Source: Escherichia coli (GTDB taxonomy: Bacteria > Pseudomonadota > Gammaproteobacteria > Enterobacterales > Enterobacteriaceae). From it: a stretch of 64,000 bases of DNA. The stretch lies in the NCBI RefSeq assembly GCF_013315695.1, contig NZ_CP054353.1, one strand, 5' to 3'. How positions within the stretch are numbered: the first letter of the stretch is position 1; every line of letters starts with the position of its first letter. This document shows positions 1 through 9,930 of the stretch, one piece after another. Made by a program: the position numbers and the translations under genes. Below the pieces are notes generated by a model. The model was not told the DNA's origin. It saw only the letters and a program-made list of their open reading frames with translations, and ran no database searches.

Positions 1-1236
1 GCCGGTATTCGTCCCAGTGAGCGCCTGGGTGTTGGAACTTAAATCCTTCATCCGCTGCTGATTCCACTCCGTACCCAGCGTCAGCGTCTGGTTAACGAGG
101 AAATCAATCGGCAGGTTAACTTCGCTGTGCAGCATCACGTCATCGAGATCGATATCGACGAAATCCTGTGTCGCTTTTTCGTTAAATTTCCCTTCGGTAC
201 CGCCCGCCAGACCTTCCGGAATACGCGAGTTACGGGTGTGTTCGTACTGCACCCAGTTGCTGGTGGTCACGCCGTTATCCCAGCCGCCGTTCCATGTCAG
301 CGAGTAGTTCTGGCGATACAGACGGTTGGTTTCATCGCCATATTTCGAGCGGGTATAGGAGTCAGAGTTGGTGTTCTGGGTGTCGCCCGCATACAGGTTA
401 CCCTGGCGGCTGTAGCCCGCTTCCAGTTCGAGTGATTGCAGAGGCGCGAAGTCCCAGCGCACTACGCCATTAATATCTTTGTTAATTACCCCTTCGCGCC
501 CGGCTGGTAACGTCGTGGCATACGTTCCGGCACGCGCGGACTGATGGCCCTGGTTGATATCCCACGCGTCAGCCTGGGTTTTGTCGAGGTTGCCATACAA
601 GCGGAAGCTGAATTCGTCGCCCAGCGGACCGGTCAGGCTGAAGTTGGTGCGTTTGGTGGCACCTTCCTCTTTATGTTCTGGCGCATTGAAATAAGCATCC
701 CAGGAGCCGTGCCACTCACCGCTGCCTTTTTTGGTAATGATGTTAACCACGCCGCCCGCCGCGCCGTTGCCATAACGCGCAGCTGCCGGACCACGCAGAA
801 CTTCAATACGTTCAATCATTTCAGGTGGCACCCAGGAGGTATCACCACGGGTATCGCGCTCGCCACGCCAGCCCTGACGCACTGAGTTACGGCTGCTTAC
901 CGGCTTGCCGTCAATCAAAATCAGTGTGTTTTCCGGACCCATGCCGCGGATATCAATCTGGCGGTTATTCCCACGCTGACCACTGGTGGAGTTACCGGTC
1001 AGGTTAACGCCTGGCATGGTACGGATGATCTCCGACACATCGCGGGCAACGGGGTTTTTGCGGATTTCATCTGCGGTGATGGTCGAAACGCCAGGCGCCT
1101 GTAAGTTCTGCTCAGCGGCGGTAACGACAATGGTATCGTCATGTGAAACAGGAGTATCGGTTGGCTCTTGTGCCTGTGCTACCCCATAAATCCCCAGATT
1201 GACCAACAAGGCCAGGGAATGAATCTTCTTGTTCAT
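1..1236 (-). CDS. fepA: Ferric enterobactin outer-membrane receptor FepA, N-terminal ~412 codons; 3' end lies beyond the window start
   Basis: Reverse-strand translation from the ATG at 1234-1236 gives MNKKIHSLALLVNLGIYGVAQA... and continues in frame to position 1 (…IDLDDVMLHSEVNLPIDFLVNQTLTLGTEWNQQRMKDLSSNTQALTGT). Not in the ORF track because it runs off the edge. Confidence 0.9.
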   Translation of the reverse strand, partial: MNKKIHSLALLVNLGIYGVAQAQEPTDTPVSHDDTIVVTAAEQNLQAPGVSTITADEIRKNPVARDVSEIIRTMPGVNLTGNSTSGQRGNNRQIDIRGMGPENTLILIDGKPVSSRNSVRQGWRGERDTRGDTSWVPPEMIERIEVLRGPAAARYGNGAAGGVVNIITKKGSGEWHGSWDAYFNAPEHKEEGATKRTNFSLTGPLGDEFSFRLYGNLDKTQADAWDINQGHQSARAGTYATTLPAGREGVINKDINGVVRWDFAPLQSLELEAGYSRQGNLYAGDTQNTNSDSYTRSKYGDETNRLYRQNYSLTWNGGWDNGVTTSNWVQYEHTRNSRIPEGLAGGTEGKFNEKATQDFVDIDLDDVMLHSEVNLPIDFLVNQTLTLGTEWNQQRMKDLSSNTQALTGTNTG

Positions 1237-1395
1237 TGTTTTATTCCTGCATTTTTGCCACGAATTGCAACTGTCGGGCATGGTCGTCATCAATACGACG
1301 CACCCCGCTACCGCGAAAACCTTTGATCCTGAAAGACACGCAGTGCAGTTGGTTAATTAATGTCCGCGCTTCCCACGGCGCGCCATTACGCTATT

Positions 1396-1452
1396 GCAAA
1401 TGCAAATAGTTATCAATAATATTATCAATATATTTCTGCAATCAATAAAAAA
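1396..1452. promoter_or_regulatory. Divergent fepA/fes promoter region with overlapping Fur-box-like repeats
   Basis: AT-rich tgcaaatgcaaatagttatcaataatattatcaatatatttctgcaatcaataaaa resembles the Fur consensus GATAATGATAATCATTATC and sits between divergent iron-regulated genes. Confidence 0.6.
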
Positions 1453-1478
1453 TTGCACAGTAAACATGGGGTTATGGT

Positions 1479-2681
1479 GTGACGGCGTTAAAAGTAGGAA
1501 GTGAGAGCTGGTGGCAGTCGAAACATGGCCCGGAATGGCAGCGTCTGAATGACGAAATGTTTGAGGTCACTTTCTGGTGGCGTGATCCCCAAGGTTCTGA
1601 AGAATACTCGACGATAAAGCGCGTATGGGTCTACATCACTGGTGTGACCGATCACCATCAGAACACCCAGCCCCGGTCGATGCAGCGAATTGCAGGAACC
1701 GATGTTTGGCAGTGGACGACACAACTCAATGCCAACTGGCGCGGCAGCTACTGCTTTATTCCTACCGAACGCGATGACATTTTTTCTGCACCATCCCCCG
1801 ATCGCCTCGAATTACGCGAAGGCTGGCGAAAACTATTACCCCAGGCGATAGCCGATCCGCTGAATCCACAAAGCTGGAAAGGCGGGCGAGGGCACGCTGT
1901 TTCTGCACTCGAAATGCCGCAAGCGCCTCTGCAACCGGGATGGGATTGTCCGCAAGCGCCAGAAACGCCTGCCAAAGAAATTATCTGGAAAAGTGAGCGG
2001 TTGAAAAATTCACGCCGTGTATGGATTTTTACCACCGGCGATGCAACAGCAGAAGAACGCCCGCTGGCAGTTTTGCTTGATGGCGAATTTTGGGCGCAGA
2101 GTATGCCCGTCTGGCCTGCGCTAACTTCGCTGACCCATCGTCGGCAACTTCCTCCCGCCGTGTATGTGTTGATCGATGCTATCGACACCACGCACCGCGC
2201 CCACGAACTGCCGTGTAATGCGGATTTCTGGCTGGCAGTACAGCAAGAGTTATTACCCCTGGTGAAAGCTATTGCCTCTTTTAGCGATCGCGCCGATCGC
2301 ACCGTGGTCGCCGGGCAGAGTTTTGGTGGGCTTTCTGCGCTGTATGCCGGACTAAACTGGCCTGAACGCTTTGGCTGTGTATTAAGCCAGTCAGGATCGT
2401 ACTGGTGGCCGCATCGGGGCGGGCAGCAAGAAGGTGTTTTACTTGAGCAACTTAAAGCTGGTGAAGTTAGCGCCGAAGGTCTGCGCATTGTGCTGGAAGC
2501 GGGTATTCGCGAGCCGATGATCATGCGGGCCAATCAGGCGCTGTATGCGCAATTACACCTCATAAAAGAATCCATTTTCTGGCGTCAGGTTGACGGCGGA
2601 CATGATGCGCTTTGTTGGCGCGGTGGCTTGATGCAGGGGCTAATCGACCTCTGGCAACCACTTTTCCATGACAGGAGTTGA
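1479..2681 (+). CDS. fes: Enterobactin esterase Fes
   Basis: 400-aa ORF with GTG start (MTALKVGSESWWQ...), matching Fes by recall. A shorter internal start is possible. Confidence 0.9.
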   Translation: MTALKVGSESWWQSKHGPEWQRLNDEMFEVTFWWRDPQGSEEYSTIKRVWVYITGVTDHHQNTQPRSMQRIAGTDVWQWTTQLNANWRGSYCFIPTERDDIFSAPSPDRLELREGWRKLLPQAIADPLNPQSWKGGRGHAVSALEMPQAPLQPGWDCPQAPETPAKEIIWKSERLKNSRRVWIFTTGDATAEERPLAVLLDGEFWAQSMPVWPALTSLTHRRQLPPAVYVLIDAIDTTHRAHELPCNADFWLAVQQELLPLVKAIASFSDRADRTVVAGQSFGGLSALYAGLNWPERFGCVLSQSGSYWWPHRGGQQEGVLLEQLKAGEVSAEGLRIVLEAGIREPMIMRANQALYAQLHLIKESIFWRQVDGGHDALCWRGGLMQGLIDLWQPLFHDRS

Positions 2682-2683
2682 AT

Positions 2684-2902
2684 ATGGCATTCAGTAATCC
2701 CTTCGATGATCCGCAGGGAGCGTTTTACATTTTGCGCAATGCGCAGGGGCAATTCAGTCTGTGGCCGCAACAATGCGCCTTACCGGCAGGCTGGGACGTT
2801 GTGTGTCAGCCGCAGTCACAGGCGTCCTGCCAGCAGTGGCTGGAAGCCCACTGGCGTACTCTGACACCGACGAATTTCACCCAGTTGCAGGAGGTGCAAT
2901 GA
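2684..2902 (+). CDS. ybdZ: MbtH-like protein YbdZ (enterobactin synthase accessory protein)
   Basis: 72-aa ORF MAFSNPFDDPQGAFYILRNAQGQFSLWPQQCALPAGW...; the ATG at 2684 lies 3 nt after the fes stop, and the stop overlaps the entF start (ATGA). Confidence 0.9.
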   Translation: MAFSNPFDDPQGAFYILRNAQGQFSLWPQQCALPAGWDVVCQPQSQASCQQWLEAHWRTLTPTNFTQLQEVQ

Positions 2903-5900
2903 GCCAGCATTTACCTTTGGTCGCCGCACAGCCCGGCATCTGGATGGCAGAAAAACTGTCAGATTTACCCTCCGCCTGGAGCGTGGCGCATTACGTTGAG
3001 TTAACCGGAGAGGTTGATGCGCCATTACTGGCCCGCGCGGTGGTTGCCGGATTAGCGCAAGCAGATACGCTGCGGATGCGTTTTACGGAAGATAACGGCG
3101 AAGTCTGGCAGTGGGTCGATGATGCGCTGACGTTCGAACTGCCAGAAATTATCGACCTGCGAACCAACATTGATCCGCACGGTACTGCGCGGGCATTAAT
3201 GCAGGCGGATTTGCAACAAGATCTGCGCGTCGATAGCGGTAAACCACTGGTCTTTCATCAGTTGATACAGGTGGCGGATAACCGCTGGTACTGGTATCAG
3301 CGTTATCACCATTTGCTGGTCGATGGCTTCAGTTTCCCGGCCATTACCCGCCAGATCGCCAATATTTACTGCGCATGGCTGCGTGGCGAACCAACGCCTG
3401 CTTCGCCGTTTACGCCTTTCGCTGATGTAGTGGAAGAGTACCAGCAATACCGCGAAAGCGAAGCCTGGCAGCGTGATGCGGCATTCTGGGCGGAACAGCG
3501 TCGTCAATTGCCGCCGCCCGCGTCACTTTCTCCGGCACCTTTACCGGGGCGCAGCGCCTCGGCAGATATTCTGCGCCTGAAACTGGAATTTACCGACGGG
3601 GAATTCCGCCAGTTGGCTACGCAACTTTCAGGTGTGCAGCGTACCGATTTAGCCCTTGCGTTGGCAGCCTTGTGGCTGGGGCGATTGTGCAACCGCATGG
3701 ACTACGCTGCCGGATTTATCTTTATGCGTCGACTGGGCTCGGCGGCGCTGACGGCTACCGGACCCGTGCTCAACGTTTTGCCGTTGGGTATTCACATTGC
3801 GGCGCAAGAAACGCTGCCGCAACTGGCAACCCGACTGGCAGCACAACTGAAAAAAATGCGCCGCCATCAACGCTACGACGCCGAACAAATTGTCCGTGAC
3901 AGTGGGCGAGCGGCAGGAGAGGAACCGCTGTTCGGTCCGGTACTCAATATCAAGGTATTTGATTACCAACTGGATATTCCTGGTGTTCAGGCGCAAACCC
4001 ATACCCTGGCAACCGGTCCGGTTAATGACCTTGAACTGGCCCTGTTCCCGGATGAACACGGTGATTTGAGTATTGAGATCCTCGCCAATAAACAGCGTTA
4101 CGATGAGCCAACGTTAATTCAACACGCTGAACGCCTGAAAATGCTGATTGCGCAGTTCGCCGCGGATCCGTCGCTGTTGTGCGGCGATGTCGATATTATG
4201 CTGCCAGGCGAGTATGCGCAGCTGGCGCAGATCAACGCCACTCAGGTTGAGATTCCAGAAACCACGCTGAGCGCGCTGGTGGCAGAAAAAGCGGCAAAAA
4301 CACCGGATGCTCCGGCGCTGGCAGATGCGCGCTACCAGTTCAGCTATCGGGAAATGCGCGAGCAGGTAGTGGCGCTGGCAAATCTCCTGCGTGAGCGTGG
4401 CGTTAAACCGGGCGACAGCGTAGCGGTGGCGCTACCGCGCTCGGTCTTTTTGACTCTGGCGCTACATGCAATTGTTGAGGCTGGTGCGGCCTGGTTACCG
4501 CTGGATACCGGCTATCCGGACGATCGCCTGAAAATGATGCTGGAAGATGCGCGTCCGTCGCTGTTAATCACCACTGACGATCAACTGCCGCGCTTTGCCG
4601 ATGTTCCAGATTTAACCCGCCTTTGCTATAACGCCCCGCTTACACCGCAGGGCAGTGCGCCGCTGCAGCTTTCACAACCGCACCACACGGCTTATATCAT
4701 CTTCACCTCCGGTTCCACCGGCAGACCAAAAGGGGTAATGGTCGGGCAGACGGCTATCGTTAATCGCCTGCTTTGGATGCAAAACCATTACCCGCTTACA
4801 GGCGAAGATGTCGTTGCCCAAAAAACGCCGTGCAGTTTTGATGTCTCGGTGTGGGAGTTTTTCTGGCCGTTTATTGCCGGGGCTAAACTGGTGATGGCTG
4901 AACCGGAAGCGCACCGCGACCCGCTCGCTATGCAGCAATTCTTTGCCGAATATGGTGTAACGACCACGCACTTTGTGCCGTCGATGCTGGCGGCATTTGT
5001 TGCATCGCTGACGCCGCAAACCGCTCGCCAGAGTTGCGCGACGTTGAAACAGGTTTTCTGTAGTGGTGAAGCCTTACCGGCTGATTTATGCCGCGAATGG
5101 CAACAGTTAACCGGCGCGCCGTTGCATAATCTATATGGCCCGACGGAAGCGGCGGTAGATGTCAGTTGGTATCCGGCTTTTGGCGAGGAACTGGCAGAGG
5201 TGCGCGGCAGCAGTGTGCCGATTGGTTATCCGGTGTGGAATACGGGCCTGCGCATTCTCGATGCGATGATGCATCCGGTGCCGCCGGGTGTGGCGGGAGA
5301 TCTCTATCTCACCGGTATTCAACTGGCGCAGGGGTATCTTGGACGACCCGATCTGACCGCCAGCTGCTTTATTGCCGATCCTTTTGCCCCAGGTGAACGG
5401 ATGTACCGTACCGGCGATGTGGCCCGCTGGCTGGATAACGGCGCAGTGGAGTACCTCGGGCGCAGTGACGATCAGCTAAAAATTCGCGGGCAGCGTATCG
5501 AACTGGGCGAAATTGATCGCGTGATGCAGGCGCTGCCGGATGTCGAACAAGCCGTTACCCACGCCTGTGTGATTAACCAGGCGGCAGCCACTGGTGGTGA
5601 TGCGCGTCAGTTGGTGGGCTATCTGGTGTCGCAATCAGGTCTGCCGTTGGATACCAGCGCATTACAGGCGCAGCTTCGTGAAACATTGCCACCACATATG
5701 GTACCGGTGGTTCTGCTGCAACTTCCACAGTTACCACTTAGCGCCAACGGCAAGCTGGATCGCAAAGCCTTACCGTTGCCTGAACTGAAGGCACAAGCGC
5801 CTGGGCGTGCGCCGAAAGCGGGCAGTGAAACGATTATCGCCGCGGCATTCTCGTCGTTGCTGGGTTGTGACGTGCAGGATGCCGATGCTGATTTCTTTGC

Positions 5901-6780
5901 GCTTGGCGGTCATTCGCTACTGGCAATGAAACTGGCTGCGCAGTTAAGTCGGCAGTTTGCCCGCCAGGTGACGCCGGGGCAAGTGATGGTCGCGTCAACT
6001 GTCGCCAAACTGGCAACGATTATTGATGGTGAAGAAGACAGCTCCCGGCGCATGGGATTCGAAACCATTCTGCCGTTGCGTGAAGGTAATGGCCCGACGC
6101 TGTTTTGTTTCCATCCGGCCTCCGGTTTTGCCTGGCAGTTCAGCGTGCTCTCGCGTTATCTCGATCCACAATGGTCGATTATCGGCATTCAGTCGCCGCG
6201 CCCCAATGGCCCCATGCAGACCGCGGCAAATCTGGATGAAGTCTGCGAAGCGCATCTGGCAACGTTACTTGAGCATCAACCGCACGGCCCTTATTACCTG
6301 CTGGGTTATTCGCTGGGCGGTACGCTGGCGCAGGGTATTGCGGCGCGGCTGCGTGCCCGTGGCGAACAGGTGGCATTTCTTGGCTTGCTGGATACCTGGC
6401 CGCCAGAAACGCAAAACTGGCAGGAAAAAGAGGCTAATGGCCTGGACCCGGAAGTGCTGGCGGAGATTAACCGCGAGCGCGAGGCCTTCCTGGCGGCACA
6501 GCAGGGAAGTACTTCAACGGAGTTGTTTACCACCATTGAAGGCAACTACGCTGATGCTGTGCGCCTGCTGACGACTGCTCATAGCGTACCGTTTGAAGGT
6601 AAAGCGACGCTGTTTGTTGCTGAACGCACGCTTCAGGAAGGTATGAATCCCGAACGCGCCTGGTCGCCGTGGATTACGGAGCTGGATATCTATCGTCAGG
6701 ATTGTGCGCATGTGGATATTATCTCTCCAGGGGCGTTTGAAAAAATTGGGCCGATTATTCGCGCTACGCTAAACAGGTAA
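2899..6780 (+). CDS. entF: Enterobactin synthase component F (NRPS: C-A-PCP-TE, serine-activating)
   Basis: ORF starting MSQHLPLVAAQPGIWMAEKL; the track ORF from 2761 is an upstream in-frame extension. Contains the adenylation motif TSGSTGRPKG and a GYSLGG thioesterase motif. Confidence 0.93.
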   Translation: MSQHLPLVAAQPGIWMAEKLSDLPSAWSVAHYVELTGEVDAPLLARAVVAGLAQADTLRMRFTEDNGEVWQWVDDALTFELPEIIDLRTNIDPHGTARALMQADLQQDLRVDSGKPLVFHQLIQVADNRWYWYQRYHHLLVDGFSFPAITRQIANIYCAWLRGEPTPASPFTPFADVVEEYQQYRESEAWQRDAAFWAEQRRQLPPPASLSPAPLPGRSASADILRLKLEFTDGEFRQLATQLSGVQRTDLALALAALWLGRLCNRMDYAAGFIFMRRLGSAALTATGPVLNVLPLGIHIAAQETLPQLATRLAAQLKKMRRHQRYDAEQIVRDSGRAAGEEPLFGPVLNIKVFDYQLDIPGVQAQTHTLATGPVNDLELALFPDEHGDLSIEILANKQRYDEPTLIQHAERLKMLIAQFAADPSLLCGDVDIMLPGEYAQLAQINATQVEIPETTLSALVAEKAAKTPDAPALADARYQFSYREMREQVVALANLLRERGVKPGDSVAVALPRSVFLTLALHAIVEAGAAWLPLDTGYPDDRLKMMLEDARPSLLITTDDQLPRFADVPDLTRLCYNAPLTPQGSAPLQLSQPHHTAYIIFTSGSTGRPKGVMVGQTAIVNRLLWMQNHYPLTGEDVVAQKTPCSFDVSVWEFFWPFIAGAKLVMAEPEAHRDPLAMQQFFAEYGVTTTHFVPSMLAAFVASLTPQTARQSCATLKQVFCSGEALPADLCREWQQLTGAPLHNLYGPTEAAVDVSWYPAFGEELAEVRGSSVPIGYPVWNTGLRILDAMMHPVPPGVAGDLYLTGIQLAQGYLGRPDLTASCFIADPFAPGERMYRTGDVARWLDNGAVEYLGRSDDQLKIRGQRIELGEIDRVMQALPDVEQAVTHACVINQAAATGGDARQLVGYLVSQSGLPLDTSALQAQLRETLPPHMVPVVLLQLPQLPLSANGKLDRKALPLPELKAQAPGRAPKAGSETIIAAAFSSLLGCDVQDADADFFALGGHSLLAMKLAAQLSRQFARQVTPGQVMVASTVAKLATIIDGEEDSSRRMGFETILPLREGNGPTLFCFHPASGFAWQFSVLSRYLDPQWSIIGIQSPRPNGPMQTAANLDEVCEAHLATLLEHQPHGPYYLLGYSLGGTLAQGIAARLRARGEQVAFLGLLDTWPPETQNWQEKEANGLDPEVLAEINREREAFLAAQQGSTSTELFTTIEGNYADAVRLLTTAHSVPFEGKATLFVAERTLQEGMNPERAWSPWITELDIYRQDCAHVDIISPGAFEKIGPIIRATLNR

Positions 6781-6795
6781 ATTAATATTATCTAT

Positions 6796-6834
6796 AAACC
6801 CATAATTACAGGAAATAATTATGGGTTTATCATT
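6796..6834 (+). terminator. Rho-independent terminator after entF
   Basis: Perfect 12-bp inverted repeat aaacccataatt / aattatgggttt with a 9-nt loop, followed by a T-rich tract. Confidence 0.7.
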
Positions 6835-6995
6835 TATTTAATTTATAAGTTTGGTGGATATTTCTCTTAAATAGAGTGAATGTTGCATTCAGTGGAAGGA
6901 ATTTACAAACTTCAGCTTCGGATAATTCTCACCAACTGGTAAAGTGAGCGCCGTGGAGATTTCCCCCTATTGGACTCATTTTCAGGTTATACCCC

Positions 6996-8129
6996 ATGTC
7001 ATCACTGAATATTAAACAGGGAAGTGACGCTCATTTTCCCGAGTATCCTCTGGCGTCGCCCAGTAATAATGAAATTGATTTACTTAATCTAATTGAAGTT
7101 TTATGGCGGGCCAAAAAAACGGTCATGGCGGTCGTTTTTGCGTTTGCCTGCGCAGGTTTACTGATCTCTTTCATCCTACCGCAAAAATGGACCTGCGCGG
7201 CGGTTGTCACGCCTCCAGAACCTGTTCAGTGGCAGGCGCTTGAGAAAACATTCACTAAGCTTCGTGTGCTGGATCTGGATATCAAAATTGATCGTACAGA
7301 AGCATTTAACCTGTTTATCAAGAAGTTTCAGTCGGTTAGCTTGCTGGAAGAGTACCTGCGTTCATCACCTTATGTGATGGACCAATTAAAAGAGGCGAAA
7401 ATCGATGAACTGGATTTGCATCGCGCAATTGTCGCATTGAGCGAAAAAATGAAAGCGGTTGATGACAATGCCAGTAAGAAAAAAGATGAACCGTCACTGT
7501 ATACCTCCTGGACGCTAAGTTTTACCGCGCCAACCAGTGAAGAGGCGCAGACCGTTTTGAGCGGGTATATCGATTATATCTCTGCGTTGGTGGTGAAAGA
7601 GTCGATAGAAAACGTCCGTAATAAACTGGAGATCAAAACCCAGTTTGAAAAAGAAAAACTGGCTCAGGATCGCATTAAAACGAAAAATCAACTTGATGCA
7701 AACATTCAGCGCCTCAATTATTCACTCGACATTGCCAACGCGGCAGGAATTAAAAAGCCCGTTTACAGTAATGGTCAGGCCGTTAAAGATGACCCCGATT
7801 TCTCTATTTCTCTCGGCGCAGACGGTATTGAACGCAAACTGGAAATTGAAAAAGCGGTTACTGACGTTGCGGAACTGAACGGTGAATTACGTAATCGTCA
7901 GTATCTTGTTGAGCAGCTAACAAAAGCAAATATCAACGATGTGAATTTTACGCCGTTTAAATATCAGTTAAGCCCGTCATTGCCAGTGAAAAAAGACGGT
8001 CCGGGTAAGGCGATTATTGTGATCCTTTCTGCGATGATCGGCGGGATGGTGGCTTGTGGTGGCGTGCTGTTGCGCTATGCGATGGCATCCAGAAAACAGG
8101 ATGCCGTGATGGAAGAGCACTTAGTTTAA
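6996..8129 (+). CDS. fepE: Polysaccharide co-polymerase family protein FepE (O-antigen chain-length regulator-like)
   Basis: 377-aa ORF MSSLNIKQGSDAHF..., recalled FepE sequence. Confidence 0.9.
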   Translation: MSSLNIKQGSDAHFPEYPLASPSNNEIDLLNLIEVLWRAKKTVMAVVFAFACAGLLISFILPQKWTCAAVVTPPEPVQWQALEKTFTKLRVLDLDIKIDRTEAFNLFIKKFQSVSLLEEYLRSSPYVMDQLKEAKIDELDLHRAIVALSEKMKAVDDNASKKKDEPSLYTSWTLSFTAPTSEEAQTVLSGYIDYISALVVKESIENVRNKLEIKTQFEKEKLAQDRIKTKNQLDANIQRLNYSLDIANAAGIKKPVYSNGQAVKDDPDFSISLGADGIERKLEIEKAVTDVAELNGELRNRQYLVEQLTKANINDVNFTPFKYQLSPSLPVKKDGPGKAIIVILSAMIGGMVACGGVLLRYAMASRKQDAVMEEHLV

Positions 8130-8941
8130 ATCTTGGCAGTTGAAGGTGCCGTTCGTCCGAGCGGCACCACGAGCGGCGTTCCGGCAACCGGATCGTCAAT
8201 AATCATGCAGCGCAGACCATAAATGCGCTCAATCAGTTCAGCAGTGACAATCTCCTTCGGCGCTCCCTGAGCAACAATTTTCCCTTCCCGCAATGCAATC
8301 AAATGGCTGGCGTAACGACAGGCCTGATTAAGATCGTGCAGCACCGCCGCCAGGGTATAGCCTTTCTCGCGGTTCAGTTCGCTTAACAGTTCCAGTAGAT
8401 CAATCTGATGACTGATATCCAGCCAGGTCGTGGGTTCGTCGAGCAGCATAATTGCCGTTTCCTGGGCCAGCACCATTGCTATCCACGCTCGCTGGCGTTG
8501 TCCGCCAGAAAGGGTATCCACGCTTTGATCTGCCAGATGAGTGATTCCCGTGGCCTGCATCGCTTTTGTGACTGCCTCTTCATCTTCTTTCCGCCAGCGG
8601 GTAAACAGCGGTTGATGCGGGTAACGTCCACGCGCCACCAGCTCCTGCACGGTGATATCGCCCGGCGTGGTAGCATTTTGCGCCAACAGACCAATCCGGC
8701 GTGCAACCTCTTTACTGGCGTAATGTTGAATGTGCTCACCATCCAGCCAGACATGCCCGTGAGCAGGCGTCATCAGGCGGCTTAAAGTACGCAGTAAAGT
8801 GGATTTACCGCAGCCATTTGGCCCGATAATTGCCGTGAAGTGACCATCAGGTATTTCTACAGTCAGATTCTCCGCAACGGTATATTTGCCATATCCGAGG
8901 GTTAACTGTTCGCCGCGCAAACGGGCTACTGATTCGGTCAT
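8126..8941 (-). CDS. fepC: Ferric enterobactin ABC transporter ATPase FepC
   Basis: Start MTESVARLRGEQLTLGYGKYTV at the ATG at 8941; Walker A GPNGCGKST; 271 aa. The track ORF is extended upstream to 9082. Confidence 0.92.
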   Translation of the reverse strand: MTESVARLRGEQLTLGYGKYTVAENLTVEIPDGHFTAIIGPNGCGKSTLLRTLSRLMTPAHGHVWLDGEHIQHYASKEVARRIGLLAQNATTPGDITVQELVARGRYPHQPLFTRWRKEDEEAVTKAMQATGITHLADQSVDTLSGGQRQRAWIAMVLAQETAIMLLDEPTTWLDISHQIDLLELLSELNREKGYTLAAVLHDLNQACRYASHLIALREGKIVAQGAPKEIVTAELIERIYGLRCMIIDDPVAGTPLVVPLGRTAPSTAKI

Positions 8942-9930
8942 TTTTTGCGAGACTCCTGAATTAACAAGACGATAAGGTAAATACCGCCGAGGCTGACGGT
9001 AACGACGCCAACCGGAAGTTGATACGGCATAAACAGTTGTTGGGCGCAGAGATCGGCCGCCAGCAGTAACAACGCCCCGCACAGCGCCGCCTGGGTCAGC
9101 CCCCAGCGAGCGGTGCCGCTAATGCGTCGGGCAATGTGCGGCGCGACTAAAGCAATAAAGGAAATCGGCCCGGCAAGCGCTGTTGCCGCAGCGGTAAGCA
9201 CCACTGCAACCAGCATCATTAACAGACGCGAACGTTCGACGCTGACGCCCAGCGCACACGCGGTATCATCGCCCATTTCCAGCAAGCGCATCCGGCGTAC
9301 CAGTAAGGCGGCGGCAATTAGCATCAATATAATGATGGGTGCGGAAGGCGAGGTTTTTGCCCACGTCAGGCCGTTGAGCGATCCGGCATTCCATAAACCC
9401 GCTGTTAGCGCCGTTTCTAAAGACGCTTTCAGCAACAGCCAGGTATTAAAGGCCACCAGCATGGCGCGAACGCCGATACCAATAATAATCAACCGAAAGG
9501 TGTCGATGCCGTTACGCCAGGCGAGCAGCCAGACCAGCAGCGAAGTGACAATGCCGCCCACCATTGCTGCCAGCGCGATAGCCGTCAGATCCTGACCAAA
9601 CAGCACCATCGCCACCAGCACGCCGCTCCACGCCCCGGTGTTAAAGCCCATTACGTCAGGGCTACCGAGCGGGTTACGCATCAGCGACTGAAAAATCGCG
9701 CCGCTGACGCCCAGAGCCGCGCCAATTAACAGCGCCATCAGCACGCGTGGTAAACGCCATTCAGTGACCACCATCGTCATACTGCGCGGCGCATCGCCCA
9801 TCAGCGCGGCGAATACCTGCGAGGTTTCCAGCGTGACGGTACCGCTGCGTAATCCCCAGATACCTGCAACCACACAGGCGGTAATTAGCAGCAAACAGGT
9901 GATGATTAATCGGCGAGAGACGTAAATCAT
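8938..9930 (-). CDS. fepG: Ferric enterobactin ABC transporter permease FepG
   Basis: 330-aa polytopic membrane ORF; its stop overlaps the fepC start (ATGA). Confidence 0.92.
   Translation of the reverse strand: MIYVSRRLIITCLLLITACVVAGIWGLRSGTVTLETSQVFAALMGDAPRSMTMVVTEWRLPRVLMALLIGAALGVSGAIFQSLMRNPLGSPDVMGFNTGAWSGVLVAMVLFGQDLTAIALAAMVGGIVTSLLVWLLAWRNGIDTFRLIIIGIGVRAMLVAFNTWLLLKASLETALTAGLWNAGSLNGLTWAKTSPSAPIIILMLIAAALLVRRMRLLEMGDDTACALGVSVERSRLLMMLVAVVLTAAATALAGPISFIALVAPHIARRISGTARWGLTQAALCGALLLLAADLCAQQLFMPYQLPVGVVTVSLGGIYLIVLLIQESRKK

Noticed and set aside
127-1189. Several + strand ORFs (127-435, 544-885, 825-1007, 986-1189) in the first 1.2 kb
   Set aside because: All are antisense to the fepA coding sequence, which reads cleanly on the reverse strand and runs off the window edge, so it is missing from the track.
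1748-2533. 261-aa reverse-strand ORF inside fes
   Set aside because: Antisense to the conserved esterase gene; Ser/Ala/Arg-rich shadow frame.
2761-2898. N-terminal extension of the entF track ORF (also of leuS to 62737, fepC to 9082, dsbG to 27115, citC to 38975, ahpF from 28089, uspG to 30266, dpiB from 39207, ybdO to 26140)
   Set aside because: The extensions overlap upstream genes or lack an RBS. The shorter starts match the recalled native N-termini and have Shine-Dalgarno sequences or translational-coupling overlaps.
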